Positions 7,696 to 18,461 of a DNA stretch of 64,000 bases are shown one piece after another. Source of the stretch: Candidatus Omnitrophota bacterium (GTDB lineage Bacteria; Omnitrophota; Gorgyraeia; Gygaellales; Profunditerraquicolaceae); NCBI GenBank assembly GCA_963805065.1, contig CAWDSS010000010.1:600359-664358 (forward strand), written 5' to 3'. A program made the translations under genes and the position numbers. Each line of letters starts with the position of its first letter. Position 1 is the stretch's first letter. The notes beneath the pieces are model-generated. The model was not told where the DNA came from, made no database searches, and saw only the letters and a list, made by a program, of their open reading frames with translations.

Positions 7696-9096
7696 TTATT
7701 TTATGCCTATCTCAAAATCCACTATTTCTTTTTCTTTTACTTTGCGCCGGCGCATGTACTTGGCCTGGGAGTCCTTAAAAATGCTGGAATTATTCAGCGC
7801 ATTTACAAAGCTGGAGATATCGGGCATCTGTTGTGCATAACCGCGGATACTGAAGTTTTTCTGCCATTCCCAGGTAAAATTTGTCAGTGTAATATTATCG
7901 GGGCAAAGCCGCGTTAATTCATAAATGTAGGTAGCTACCGAATCCTTTGCTCCGTAATACTGTTTCACGATTGTTATCTTTTGCGCAACGTCATATAAGG
8001 CGCCTGTGTCTTTCTTTAATTGGGTGATCCTCTTTTCCAGCCCCTCTCGGTATGACTGCAGTTGATTTATCCTCACCAAAGCAAGCAGGCCTAATATAAT
8101 AAAAACATAAGTTATGCACGCTCCCATTGTAAGTATTTGCTGCATTTTGAGTTTTATCTCTTTCTTAATCTGCGCCTCCGGCAGCGTAAAATTAATATCC
8201 TCTTTTCTCCTCTGGTAACTAAACCCTAATACGGAGGCAAAGGACACGCCTTCTGCGTTCCTGACGGGGAATTTATCCAGTTCGCTGCATCTTGTAAACT
8301 CAAACTTCAGATTAAAATCTTTTTTCAGCCAATTTTCTATCGTAGATTCTAATTCCCGGGGGGCTCCGGTTATAAAAAGGCGGCTAGGCTTTGTATTGGG
8401 GATTTCGTTATTCAACACTACCAACGCCTGTTTTAATTCGGCACAGCATTTCTCTCTTTCTGTCTCCATTCTGAGCTGCTCGCAGCCTTGCGATATTATA
8501 ACAGTGGATCTGATATTATGATTATTCACCAATACGAGATCGCTAAAATTATAATCGATGTCAAACACAAGGAACGCCCCGTGCAAAAGCGATTTATCTT
8601 TTATGGCCTCATTAATATAATGGACTGTGCCTTGCGAACTCATCAGCATTGATTCAGGTAATATGTTTAGGGGGGTGAATGCGTTAAAAATGTGCCGCAG
8701 CATTTCGCGGTGTGCCACTGCCAAAAGAATATGGCTGTTACTTAAACCGTCAAACCCCAGGTTCTGGTGGCTCCAGATAATTTCCTCTTTTGGATAGGGG
8801 ACTTGCCTTATGACATGTAACCCCAGCATTGATTCGATTTCCGCAGGATCCCTCGACGGCAAATCCAGCTCTCTAACGGTGATTTTATTGCGGCTGACCA
8901 CAACCAAAACCTCTAAGCCCTTTTTTTGCCCTATCTGCTCAAAAATGTTCTTTAGGGAATTGGCAAGGTTATAATTATCTAACCCCGCGGGCTCAAGAAT
9001 TATCTTATCTACTGCGTTATGCGCAATGCCTACAGACGAAGAACATACGGCCTTAAGCCAACGCTCGGAAAACTCTATTACTACTTTTTTCTTCAT
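7696..9096 (-). CDS. PilM-PilN fusion / GspL-like assembly protein
   Basis: 466 aa: an N-terminal ~320-aa cytoplasmic actin-like region (PilM-like start MKKKVVIEFSERWLKAV), one TM helix (ILTMGACITYVFIILGLLALV) and a ~120-aa periplasmic tail. Located directly downstream of gspF. Confidence 0.5.
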   Translation of the reverse strand: MKKKVVIEFSERWLKAVCSSSVGIAHNAVDKIILEPAGLDNYNLANSLKNIFEQIGQKKGLEVLVVVSRNKITVRELDLPSRDPAEIESMLGLHVIRQVPYPKEEIIWSHQNLGFDGLSNSHILLAVAHREMLRHIFNAFTPLNILPESMLMSSQGTVHYINEAIKDKSLLHGAFLVFDIDYNFSDLVLVNNHNIRSTVIISQGCEQLRMETEREKCCAELKQALVVLNNEIPNTKPSRLFITGAPRELESTIENWLKKDFNLKFEFTRCSELDKFPVRNAEGVSFASVLGFSYQRRKEDINFTLPEAQIKKEIKLKMQQILTMGACITYVFIILGLLALVRINQLQSYREGLEKRITQLKKDTGALYDVAQKITIVKQYYGAKDSVATYIYELTRLCPDNITLTNFTWEWQKNFSIRGYAQQMPDISSFVNALNNSSIFKDSQAKYMRRRKVKEKEIVDFEIGIK

Positions 9097-9099
9097 TAT

Positions 9100-10314
9100 T
9101 TAACCGCCGACTAAAGTATCTATGGTGAAGATTGGCAGGAGCACAGCCATCACAATTCCACCGATAACTAACCCTAAGATAAGGATAATCGCCGGCTCAA
9201 GAAGGGAGCTGATAACCTTTAAATCGCCCTCGATTTCCTGTTCATAAGAATTTGCAATATCCTCCATAACGCTATCAAGCCTGCCGCCCTCTTCCCCCAC
9301 CCGGATCATCTGGACAACAAAATCCGGAAAAATTTTGAATTTGGAAAGAGCCTGAGAAAAAGAACTGCCTTCTTTGATGTCGCTGGAAACTTTGCCTAAT
9401 TGTTTTATCTGCTGCGGGTTTTCTATAATGGGCGCTGTAATTGATAGCGCGGATAATAGCGTCACTCCACTTTTTAATAAAAGCGCTGTACTCGTCGAGA
9501 AATTAGCTATTGCCTGTTTATACACAAGCGACTTTACCATGGGCAGGCGGTATTTTAACCACGAAAGAACGCTGCTGCCGTCTTTGCCTTTCTTTTGCAG
9601 TAAACCCAATATAAGCATGAAGGCTACGACTACCAATAACCAGTATTTTTTAAGGAATCCGGCGATAGCCAAAAGAATAACCGTGGGTAGCGGGAGTGCT
9701 GCCTGGAAATCTTCAAACATTCCGGCTAAGCGCGGCAAAACAAACGTAAGCATAACAAAAATTGTCCCAATGCCTACCACGATCATGAATATAGGATACG
9801 CCAATGCCTGACGCACTTTCGTACGCAACTCTTCAGTATGTTGTAGGCGCGTTAAAATCTGCTCCAGCGCATCTTTCAGCTGGCCCGAACCCTCTCCTGT
9901 GCGGATGATATTTATATAGAGAAGAGAAAAATATTGCGGGTATCGGGAGAGGCATTGTGAAAAAGTCATCCCCTCTTTAATGTTTTTGATTATGTCTTCT
10001 AATAGCAATTTTTCCGTATGGTCACTGCCGGACTGCTCAAGCAGCCTCAATGCAGAAAGCAATTCCACGCGGGATTTACTCAGGTTATACAATTTCTGGG
10101 TAAACAAAACTAATTTTTTATGCCCCCACTTACCCAGCTTTATGTTGGATGGCTTAATTTTTGTATCGGCCCTTGCTGCCCCTTCTTCCTCCACCGATAT
10201 AGCAATCATACCCTGATGCTCGAGATTTTCTATTACATGCTCGACAGTATCAGCCTCAAGCTTACCTTCTACTATCTCGTTTAAGCTTTTTTTTGCCTTG
10301 TATCTAAATAACAT
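9100..10314 (-). CDS. gspF: Type II secretion / type IV pilus platform protein (GspF/PilC family)
   Basis: 404 aa with two repeats of the T2SSF cytoplasmic domain plus three TM segments; motifs LSRYPQYFSLLYINIIRTGEGSGQL and FPDFVVQMIRVGEEGGRL. Confidence 0.9.
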   Translation of the reverse strand: MLFRYKAKKSLNEIVEGKLEADTVEHVIENLEHQGMIAISVEEEGAARADTKIKPSNIKLGKWGHKKLVLFTQKLYNLSKSRVELLSALRLLEQSGSDHTEKLLLEDIIKNIKEGMTFSQCLSRYPQYFSLLYINIIRTGEGSGQLKDALEQILTRLQHTEELRTKVRQALAYPIFMIVVGIGTIFVMLTFVLPRLAGMFEDFQAALPLPTVILLAIAGFLKKYWLLVVVAFMLILGLLQKKGKDGSSVLSWLKYRLPMVKSLVYKQAIANFSTSTALLLKSGVTLLSALSITAPIIENPQQIKQLGKVSSDIKEGSSFSQALSKFKIFPDFVVQMIRVGEEGGRLDSVMEDIANSYEQEIEGDLKVISSLLEPAIILILGLVIGGIVMAVLLPIFTIDTLVGG

Positions 10315-10321
10315 TGTTATC

Positions 10322-11935
10322 CTATATTTCTACTACGCGCATAATTTCTTCTTGGGTAGTAAGGCCTTCCTGCACTAACTGCATGCCTGCGTCTTTTAAG
10401 GAACGCATGCCCAATTGTTGCGCTTTTGTCCTAAGTTCCGATGCGGTCTTACGGGCAACAATCATCTGCCGGATCTCATCGTCAATTGCCAGTATTTCAA
10501 AGATTGCCCTTCTGCCTTTGTAACCCGTATCGCTGCAATTGTCGCAACCCTTGCCTTTGCATATGGGGCATAGGAGCCGTATCAGCCTTTGTGCGATTAA
10601 TATTTCCAGGGAAGACGCCAGCAAGAATGGCTCAATGCCCATATCCAATAGCCTGGCAATTCCCGCCGGAGCGTCATTGGTATGCAAGGTAGAAAATACC
10701 AAATGCCCGGTAAGGGCAGAGCGTATTGCCAGGTCTGCGGTTTCAGAATCGCGGATTTCTCCAATCATCATAATATCCGGGTCATGGCGTAGGACGCTGC
10801 GCAGGGTATTGGCAAATGTCAAGCCCACTTTGGGATTTACCTGAATCTGAGTTATTCCTTCTAAGGCATACTCCACAGGGTCCTCTATGCTGATAATCTT
10901 TACTTCCGGCTTATTCAGCCTGCTCAAAGAGGCATACAGGGTTGTGGTCTTTCCGCTTCCTGTTGGCCCTGTGAGCAGGATGATTCCATGGGGCTTTTGC
11001 AGAGCCTTTTTTATTTTTTGCAGGTCATTAGGGTCGAAACCTATGGCGTCCAAATCCAACAGAATCTGGGTAGGCAATATTCTAATCACCACATTTTCCC
11101 CGAAATATCCGGGGATTATAGAAATCCTTAAATCAACTTCCTGGCCGTCCTGAAGGCGTACTTTAGTCCGGCCGTCCTGGGGTATACGGTGCTCTACCAC
11201 ATCAAGGATGGACATAATTTTTATACGCGAGACAATTGCCGGCTCTATATAATATATATCCTCCGGCACCCTGAATTCGCGCAATATTCCGTCGATGCGG
11301 TAACGTAAATGCACCTTGTTCAGGTAGGGCTCGATATGGATATCGGTTGCGCGCAGGCGTATTGCCTCGGATAGAATCTGATTTACCAAATTTATAACTG
11401 ATGCCTCCTCCGCGCTTTTTTCAATATCTTCTACTTTTTCTTTGGCAATCAGGGTTTCTTTGTCATCTTTCTTGCCGGTGATAATTCTATCTACTGTCCC
11501 TGCCACCATGCCGTAGTGTTTATGTATTGCCTCCTCGATTTCAGCGCGCGTGCTTAAAACCCTTTGCACATTAAACCCTAAATCCAGCTTGATATTTTCC
11601 GCCAGCCACACATCCATGGGATTACTGACGGCAATGGTCAGCGTCTTATCTTTTAGCTCAAGGGGCATAAACCCGTAATGCTGCACGAATTTTACCGGCA
11701 CAGCCTTCACTGCTTCTTGAGAAATGGGCCTTTCTTTAAGGCGCGGGAAAAATGGCATGCGGAACTGCTCTGCCAAAACCTCCAGCAACTGCCCTTCCTT
11801 CAGGTGCCCTGCTTTTATGAGGGCCTTGCCTAAAATCTCTTCATTCTCCGGAGATTTCTTCAATGCCTCGCTTAACTGCTCTTTGGTAATAAATCCCTTG
11901 TTTATTAATATTTCTCCCAATAATTTTACAGCCAT
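10322..11935 (-). CDS. gspE: Type II secretion / type IV pilus assembly ATPase (GspE/PilB family)
   Basis: Walker A GPTGSGKTTTLYA, Asp and His boxes (IMMIGEIRD, TGHLVFSTLHTN), tetracysteine motif CPICKGKGCDNC, and an N-terminal GspE_N-like domain. Confidence 0.92.
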   Translation of the reverse strand: MAVKLLGEILINKGFITKEQLSEALKKSPENEEILGKALIKAGHLKEGQLLEVLAEQFRMPFFPRLKERPISQEAVKAVPVKFVQHYGFMPLELKDKTLTIAVSNPMDVWLAENIKLDLGFNVQRVLSTRAEIEEAIHKHYGMVAGTVDRIITGKKDDKETLIAKEKVEDIEKSAEEASVINLVNQILSEAIRLRATDIHIEPYLNKVHLRYRIDGILREFRVPEDIYYIEPAIVSRIKIMSILDVVEHRIPQDGRTKVRLQDGQEVDLRISIIPGYFGENVVIRILPTQILLDLDAIGFDPNDLQKIKKALQKPHGIILLTGPTGSGKTTTLYASLSRLNKPEVKIISIEDPVEYALEGITQIQVNPKVGLTFANTLRSVLRHDPDIMMIGEIRDSETADLAIRSALTGHLVFSTLHTNDAPAGIARLLDMGIEPFLLASSLEILIAQRLIRLLCPICKGKGCDNCSDTGYKGRRAIFEILAIDDEIRQMIVARKTASELRTKAQQLGMRSLKDAGMQLVQEGLTTQEEIMRVVEI

Positions 11936-11980
11936 TGTATTCGCCCTCCGTCTTGATTATTTCTGTAATGTTTAAAAAAT

Positions 11981-12042
11981 AAAAGGGGACGTTTCTATTT
12001 TCCTTCTGCTTAAGAAACGTTAAAAATAGAAACGTCCCCTTT
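11981..12042. repeat. REP doublet
   Basis: Same arms; lies between the atpD stop and the gspE start. Confidence 0.9.
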
Positions 12043-12062
12043 ATTTTGCAGAATGAACCTTA

Positions 12063-12095
12063 GTTTTGCCTTTTTACTTTTGCGTTTTGAGTTTT
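12063..12095. repeat. Second heptamer family
   Basis: gttttgcctttttacttttgcgttttgag. Together with the preceding cagaatgaaccttag it duplicates the 7075-7122 segment. Confidence 0.8.
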
Positions 12096-12101
12096 TCAAG
12101 T

Positions 12102-13493
<1,392 letters not shown>

Positions 13494-14336
13494 TTAGTGT
13501 CTACCTAATAGCCTTGACGCAGAAATCTCGCGAATCGTCTTATCAGAAAGGCCATGCAGGTACTTAAAATATTCCAGCTCCAAATGCTGGTTAATGCGTT
13601 TTAATTCCTGGAGGCTTGCCTCCAAATGCATGATGCGCGCGGCGAACTCCGCTAATTTACTGGACCAGAAAATCTGATAAAGCCTAAACCCCAACCACAG
13701 CTTGGCCCAGCCTTCAATGACCAGGCTTCGGCTTGGCTCAATAATAATATCTTCCTTTTTAACATCTGGATTTAGCGACGGGGGCGGCAAAGGCAACAGG
13801 GTTTCCGATTCAATCTGCTGAAGGGCAATATTCACGAACCTGGGATAAATTATCTGGATTTTACCGATTTCGCCTTTCCTGTAACGCTTAAAGCAATAGT
13901 CTCTTAACGGCTCCACGTGTTTGAATTCTAATTTTTCACTCGGCGAGGAAAAGGGAGTAAAATCCATCCCTACTTCTTCCAGGTACTCTGCTCCCTGGCG
14001 GCCTAAAACAATTATTTCATTTTCCCCCGATCTTATTTCCGAGAGCCTGTTAACTAATAGCACGTTTAACTCTCCTAAGAAGCCTTCATCGGAACTTACC
14101 AGGATAATAGCGGACGACGACGATTCAGGGCGCGGGCTGAAAAAGATACTGTTTGTAGCCAGCCCGGAAATCAAATTAATCCCTTCTTCCAGGGAGGGCA
14201 AAAAATCCCTTCTGGGCTCCTGGCGGGTGCGGAACTGGTTAAACTGCAAAGTTGCCGCCATCTTCATTACTTCTATGAGTTCATCCAGGTTTTTATTGAA
14301 TTTGAGATTCTCTTTTAATTTCGCAGCCGGTATCAT
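13494..14336 (-). CDS. atpG: F1 ATP synthase gamma subunit
   Basis: 280 aa between alpha and beta. N-terminal helix LIEVMKMAATLQFNQ and C-terminal helix ...TIREISASRL match the gamma pattern. Confidence 0.75.
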   Translation of the reverse strand: MIPAAKLKENLKFNKNLDELIEVMKMAATLQFNQFRTRQEPRRDFLPSLEEGINLISGLATNSIFFSPRPESSSSAIILVSSDEGFLGELNVLLVNRLSEIRSGENEIIVLGRQGAEYLEEVGMDFTPFSSPSEKLEFKHVEPLRDYCFKRYRKGEIGKIQIIYPRFVNIALQQIESETLLPLPPPSLNPDVKKEDIIIEPSRSLVIEGWAKLWLGFRLYQIFWSSKLAEFAARIMHLEASLQELKRINQHLELEYFKYLHGLSDKTIREISASRLLGRH

Positions 14337-14338
14337 TC

Positions 14339-15811
14339 CTACCCTACTTCAATTGTCCTAAAGAACTCCTGGATCGACTTATCCAGCCTTTCCTTTATCT
14401 GTTCGGTTAAATCGCCGTATTTGTCCAATTCATCGACGATACTGGCATTGTGTTTTAACAAGAATGTGAAAAACTCCTGCTTGAATTTCTTCACCTGCTC
14501 AATACTTATTGCCTCTAAGATCTTTTTATCAAAGGTATAGAACAGGACTATTTCTTCTGCCAGAGAAAGCGGGGCATTGTTTTCCTGCGTAAGAAGCTCA
14601 TACAGCGCCCTTCCTCGCTGCAATTGCGCTGTTGCCTCGGCAGATAACTTTGTACGCAGGCGTGTCAATCTCTGCAAAGACCGGTAATGCACGTATTCAT
14701 AACGTAAGCCCCTGCTTAAACTACGCATTGCAGGAGACTGCACCTTGCTTCCAATACGGGAAACTGAAAGCTCAAGGTCTATTGCCGGCTTAAACCCTTC
14801 CTGGAATAAACTCGTATTAAGATAAATCTGGCCGTCTGTCATGGAAACAAGATTAGACGGGATGTATCCGGTGATGTCACCTTGCAAGGTTTCGCACATC
14901 GGCAAAAATGTCATTGTCCCGCCGCCAAATTCCTGCCTTAAGAATCCGGCGCGCTCCATAAGCTGTGAATGCAGGAAAAATATATCTCCGGGGTATGCCT
15001 CTCTTCCCGGAGCCCGCTCCAGGAGTAAAGACATTTGGCGGTAAATCCAGGCGTGCTTGGTAAGGTCGTCAAATATTACTAATACGTCTTTGCCCTTATG
15101 CATAAAATATTCGCCCAGCGTAGCAGCAGTATAAGGACAGACGTACTGCTCGGCCGTAGATGAGCCTGCCGGAGCACATATTCCTATTGTATATTCCATG
15201 GCCTGCTTCTGGGCAACGGTCTGCATAATTTTTTTAAACGCAGCGTAATTGCCGCCAATCCAGCAGTAAATACAAATTACGCCTTTGCCTTTCTGATTAA
15301 TAATCGTATCTAAGGCTATTGAGGTCTTACCTATCTGGCGGTCTCCCACAATTAACTCGCGTTGGCCCTTACCGATAGGAATAAGCAGGTCAATAATTTT
15401 AATTCCCGTCATCAGCGCCTTATTTATAGGCTCGCGTTCCATGACACCTGCTGCCTCGCGAAAAACCGGGTTAAAATCCGAAGAGGTTATTTCTCCCTTG
15501 TCATCAAAAGGCCTGGCTAAACTATCGACAATCCTTCCGATAAAGTTTTCTCCAACAGGAATATATAATGGCCTGCCTTGGCTAGAAACAGTATCACCGA
15601 CTTTTACGCTGTACTCATCGCCAAAAACAATCCCGTAGACGCAGGAAGGATTAAACTCAATAACCATGCCTTTAATACGGCTGCCAGAAGCATTTTCGAA
15701 TTCTATAACCTGCCCGTAGATACAGTTAGGCAAGCCGCTTATCTTAATGATGCCCTGCCTGACTTCTTCTACTTTGCCTATTTCTTTTATTTCTATGGTA
15801 GGAATATGCAT
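14339..15811 (-). CDS. atpA: F1 ATP synthase alpha subunit
   Basis: P-loop GDRQIGKTSIALDTIINQ, DDLTKHA, REAYPGDIFFLHSQLMERA, SITDGQI-like SMTDGQIYL. Confidence 0.92.
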   Translation of the reverse strand: MHIPTIEIKEIGKVEEVRQGIIKISGLPNCIYGQVIEFENASGSRIKGMVIEFNPSCVYGIVFGDEYSVKVGDTVSSQGRPLYIPVGENFIGRIVDSLARPFDDKGEITSSDFNPVFREAAGVMEREPINKALMTGIKIIDLLIPIGKGQRELIVGDRQIGKTSIALDTIINQKGKGVICIYCWIGGNYAAFKKIMQTVAQKQAMEYTIGICAPAGSSTAEQYVCPYTAATLGEYFMHKGKDVLVIFDDLTKHAWIYRQMSLLLERAPGREAYPGDIFFLHSQLMERAGFLRQEFGGGTMTFLPMCETLQGDITGYIPSNLVSMTDGQIYLNTSLFQEGFKPAIDLELSVSRIGSKVQSPAMRSLSRGLRYEYVHYRSLQRLTRLRTKLSAEATAQLQRGRALYELLTQENNAPLSLAEEIVLFYTFDKKILEAISIEQVKKFKQEFFTFLLKHNASIVDELDKYGDLTEQIKERLDKSIQEFFRTIEVG

Positions 15812-15835
15812 TGTTTAGCTGTCAGTCGTCAGAAG

Positions 15836-15898
15836 AAAAGGGGACGTTTCTATTTTTAACGTTTCCCAACTAGAAGAAAAATAGAAACGTCCCCTTTT
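15836..15898. repeat. REP doublet
   Basis: Same arms. The spacer aacgtttcccaactagaag is the reverse complement of the spacer at 16826, so the element is in the opposite orientation. It lies between the atpF(b) and atpA genes. Confidence 0.9.
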
Positions 15899-15950
15899 CT
15901 TTGGGTCCCCTTTTCTTTGGGTTTTGTCATTTGCCATTACACTTTACACA

Positions 15951-16673
15951 TTACACGGATTTACTGAGTTCGGGTATGACTCTGGATAATTTATTCCTGA
16001 GGGTTCCGTCGATAACCAACCCTCCTATTTCAACGGTCAGGCCGCTGATTAAATCTTTATCAACGGATTCTTCCAAGGCAATATTCCTCTCTAGTTTCTC
16101 AGCCAAAACTTTTTTCAAGGTTTCCCGTTGTTTATCTTGCAGGGCGTAGCTGGCAATAACCTTTACTTTATCGGAGGTGACTGTAAACTTTTCTTTGGGC
16201 AGTTTGCCGATTTCCTGGATAATCTCGGTAATAAATTGGTGCTGTAGTTCCTCTTTGTCTGTTTCGTTAAATGTCTCCTCGATCATCCTGATTGCCAGGT
16301 CCAGGCTTTGCTTTTGCATTTCCCGGTTGAGTTTTTCTTTCAGCTCCTTTACCTCTTCTTTTGCCTGGGCAATGATTTTCTCTGATTGCTGCCTAGCCTC
16401 CTCTTCCATAATCAGGCGGGTCTTAATTGCCTCCTGTTTTGCTTCCTCTATCAAAGCATCGGCTGCTTCTTTACCCTTGGCAATCTCTGCTTCTCTTTCT
16501 TCCTGAGCGCGCTTCAGCTCTTCGGTAAGCTGCGCTTCCTTGACTAAATTCTCCTCGTGGAGTGAGTTTAATCTGGTTAAGGCAACATTGAGGTTACGCG
16601 AAAAAATATAGCGTAAGACAAACAGAAGCACTATAAATGTGATTCCCTGAATTATGAGGAGTTGGATTAGCAT
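15951..16673 (-). CDS. atpF: ATP synthase b subunit fused to a delta(OSCP)-like C-terminal domain
   Basis: N-terminal TM helix plus a long charged helix (b-like). The C-terminal ~90 aa end in VDKDLISGLTVEIGGLVIDGTLRNKLSRV, which resembles the conserved C-terminus of delta/OSCP. No separate delta gene is present in the cluster. Confidence 0.7.
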   Translation of the reverse strand: MLIQLLIIQGITFIVLLFVLRYIFSRNLNVALTRLNSLHEENLVKEAQLTEELKRAQEEREAEIAKGKEAADALIEEAKQEAIKTRLIMEEEARQQSEKIIAQAKEEVKELKEKLNREMQKQSLDLAIRMIEETFNETDKEELQHQFITEIIQEIGKLPKEKFTVTSDKVKVIASYALQDKQRETLKKVLAEKLERNIALEESVDKDLISGLTVEIGGLVIDGTLRNKLSRVIPELSKSV

Positions 16674-16675
16674 TG

Positions 16676-16794
16676 TCTAGGTTCTAAGCTATGGCTTAGC
16701 CTTCTAAGGTTCTAGGCTATGGAATAGACTTCTGGGTTCTAGGTTATGGGTTCTGGGCTATGGGCAAAAACCTAGAACCTAAAACCTAGAACCT
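16676..16794. repeat. Heptamer/27-mer structured array abutting the atpF(b) start codon
   Basis: Contains the ~80-nt unit shared with 17144-17228 and 17472-17556, plus one extra ggttctaagctatggcttagccttct module. Confidence 0.9.
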
Positions 16795-16825
16795 ACTTCG
16801 TAAACAAATTGTATACTATCAGTAG

Positions 16826-16888
16826 AAAAGGGGACGTTTCTATTTTTCTTCTGGTTGGGAAACGTTAAAAATAGAAACGTCCCCTTTT
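16826..16888. repeat. REP doublet
   Basis: Same arms; spacer cttctggttgggaaacgtt; lies between the atpE(c) and atpF(b) genes. Confidence 0.9.
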
Positions 16889-16928
16889 CTTTGGGTGTTG
16901 TCATTTGTCATTACACTTTACACAATTA

Positions 16929-17141
16929 CTATTTCGTAAATAGATTGTACACAATTAACAACGCTAATACTGCGATTGCCTCGGCGAAAATAAAAGCCAA
17001 AATCATGGCTATGAATATCTTGGCAGATGCCGAAGGGTTGCGTGCCACGGACTTGACCGCCGAGAAACCGACCAAGGCAATTACAGCTGCCGGTCCTGCG
17101 GTGCTTAGGAACATGGTTATGATTAGAATTAAGTTCTGCAT
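16929..17141 (-). CDS. atpE: ATP synthase c subunit (proteolipid)
   Basis: 70-aa two-helix hairpin with loop ARNPSA (cf. ARQPE) and a carboxylate in FIFAEAIAVLALL. Confidence 0.8.
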   Translation of the reverse strand: MQNLILIITMFLSTAGPAAVIALVGFSAVKSVARNPSASAKIFIAMILAFIFAEAIAVLALLIVYNLFTK

Positions 17142-17143
17142 TG

Positions 17144-17228
17144 TCTAGGTTCTAGGCTATGGAATAGACTTCTGGGTTCTAGGTTATGGGTTCTGGGCTA
17201 TGTGCAAAAACCTAGAACCTAGAACCTA
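17144..17228. repeat. ~85-nt heptamer-based structured element filling the atpC-atpE spacer
   Basis: gtctaggttctaggctatggaatagacttctgggttctaggttatgggttctgggctatgtgcaaaaacctagaacctagaaccta. Confidence 0.9.
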
Positions 17229-17229
17229 A

Positions 17230-17469
17230 TTATGTTTCCACAAATATCTTTAATGCATTGCTCTTCATAAACGCAATGCCGTCTTTAATTAAAACCTGGT
17301 TCTGGGTTCTGGGTTCTGAGGAACACCTAATATTACCTTTTTTTAGCCTCATCAGGAATGGCTGATGAAAATCCAATACGCAAACTTCTCCGTCTTCAGT
17401 GGGTAAAGTCACCTGCCTTGCATTTCCTTCCCAGAGTACGCCTTTGGGTTCGAGTATACTTACCTGCAT
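17230..17469 (-). CDS. atpC: ATP synthase epsilon subunit, N-terminal beta-sandwich domain only
   Basis: 79 aa. LEPKGVLWEGNARQVTLPTEDGEVCVLDFHQPFLMRLKKGNIR aligns with the epsilon N-domain pattern (GE.g.L..H.P.l..L..G). It lacks the C-terminal helical hairpin. A heptamer repeat encodes SSEPRTQNQ. Confidence 0.65.
   Translation of the reverse strand: MQVSILEPKGVLWEGNARQVTLPTEDGEVCVLDFHQPFLMRLKKGNIRCSSEPRTQNQVLIKDGIAFMKSNALKIFVET
17296..17320. repeat. Direct heptamer run inside atpC
   Basis: ctggttctgggttctgggttctgag, read in-frame as SEPRTQNQ. Confidence 0.8.
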
Positions 17470-17471
17470 CG

Positions 17472-17556
17472 TCTAGGTTCTAGGCTATGGAATAGACTTC
17501 TGGGTTCTAGGTTATGGGTTCTGGGTTATGTGCAAGAACCTAAAACCTAGAACCTA
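17472..17556. repeat. ~85-nt heptamer-based structured element abutting the atpC start codon
   Basis: Near-identical to 17144-17228, with a few substitutions. Confidence 0.9.
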
Positions 17557-17571
17557 ATTCACTATAATTAT

Positions 17572-18453
17572 CTATTTTCTAGCTACACAATACTTATTCT
17601 TGCCTGTCCTCTTTGCCTCGTAAAGCGCTACGTCTGCCTTTTCAATAAGAGTAGTTATTTCCTGCGCATCTTCCGGGAATGTTGAGATGCCTATGCTTAA
17701 TGTCGCGGGTAGATACAGGGTTGCCTGCACGCGCAGCCTCTCGGCAACTATCTGAGCGCCCTTTTTATCCGTCTGGGGCAATATAACCACAAATTCCTCT
17801 CCTCCGTAACGGCAGACCATGTCCACTTCACGCATAGAAGCCTTCAAGAGCTTGGAGAGCTTACGTAATAATTCGTCTCCCGCGGGGTGCCCATTTGTAT
17901 CATTATAATTTTTAAAATTATCGATGTCAATCATTAACAAAGACAGGTTTGAGGCAAAGCGTTTTAACCTGGCAAATTCCATCAGCATTACCTCATTGAA
18001 ATACCTGCGGTTATAAAGCCCGGTGAGCCCGTCGATAACAGCAAGCTGCGCATAATAATCTTTTTCTTTGCCCGCTGACAACAGATAGAACCTTTCTACG
18101 GCATGCCCGACCTTAATCCTTATTTCAGAGGTATTAAAGGGCTTGGTAATATAAGCGTAGGCGCCTGCCTCCATCGCCTCTATCGCGGAATTGATGAATG
18201 AATACAGGGTTATGACTATTACATTTGTTGCCGGTGAAATTTTATGCGCCTGCCGGGTTAATTCCACACCGTTCATTTTTGCGGAGCGTACTTCCGTAAT
18301 GATTACCGCGAATTGGTTTTGCCGAAGCAACCCCAGGCCCTCTGCAGGATTGCCGGCTATCCAAACCTTGTAACCCACATCTTTAAGGGTCTTTTCCAAA
18401 ATCATGGCTGATTCCGGATTATCCGTAATCACTAATATATTTATCTCTGCCAT
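17572..18453 (-). CDS. Response regulator - diguanylate cyclase (REC + GGDEF)
   Basis: REC domain followed by LTGLYNRRYF, IDIDNFKNYNDTNGHPAGD and the canonical RYGGEEFVVIL signature. Confidence 0.88.
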   Translation of the reverse strand: MAEINILVITDNPESAMILEKTLKDVGYKVWIAGNPAEGLGLLRQNQFAVIITEVRSAKMNGVELTRQAHKISPATNVIVITLYSFINSAIEAMEAGAYAYITKPFNTSEIRIKVGHAVERFYLLSAGKEKDYYAQLAVIDGLTGLYNRRYFNEVMLMEFARLKRFASNLSLLMIDIDNFKNYNDTNGHPAGDELLRKLSKLLKASMREVDMVCRYGGEEFVVILPQTDKKGAQIVAERLRVQATLYLPATLSIGISTFPEDAQEITTLIEKADVALYEAKRTGKNKYCVARK

Positions 18454-18461
18454 TTATCTCC

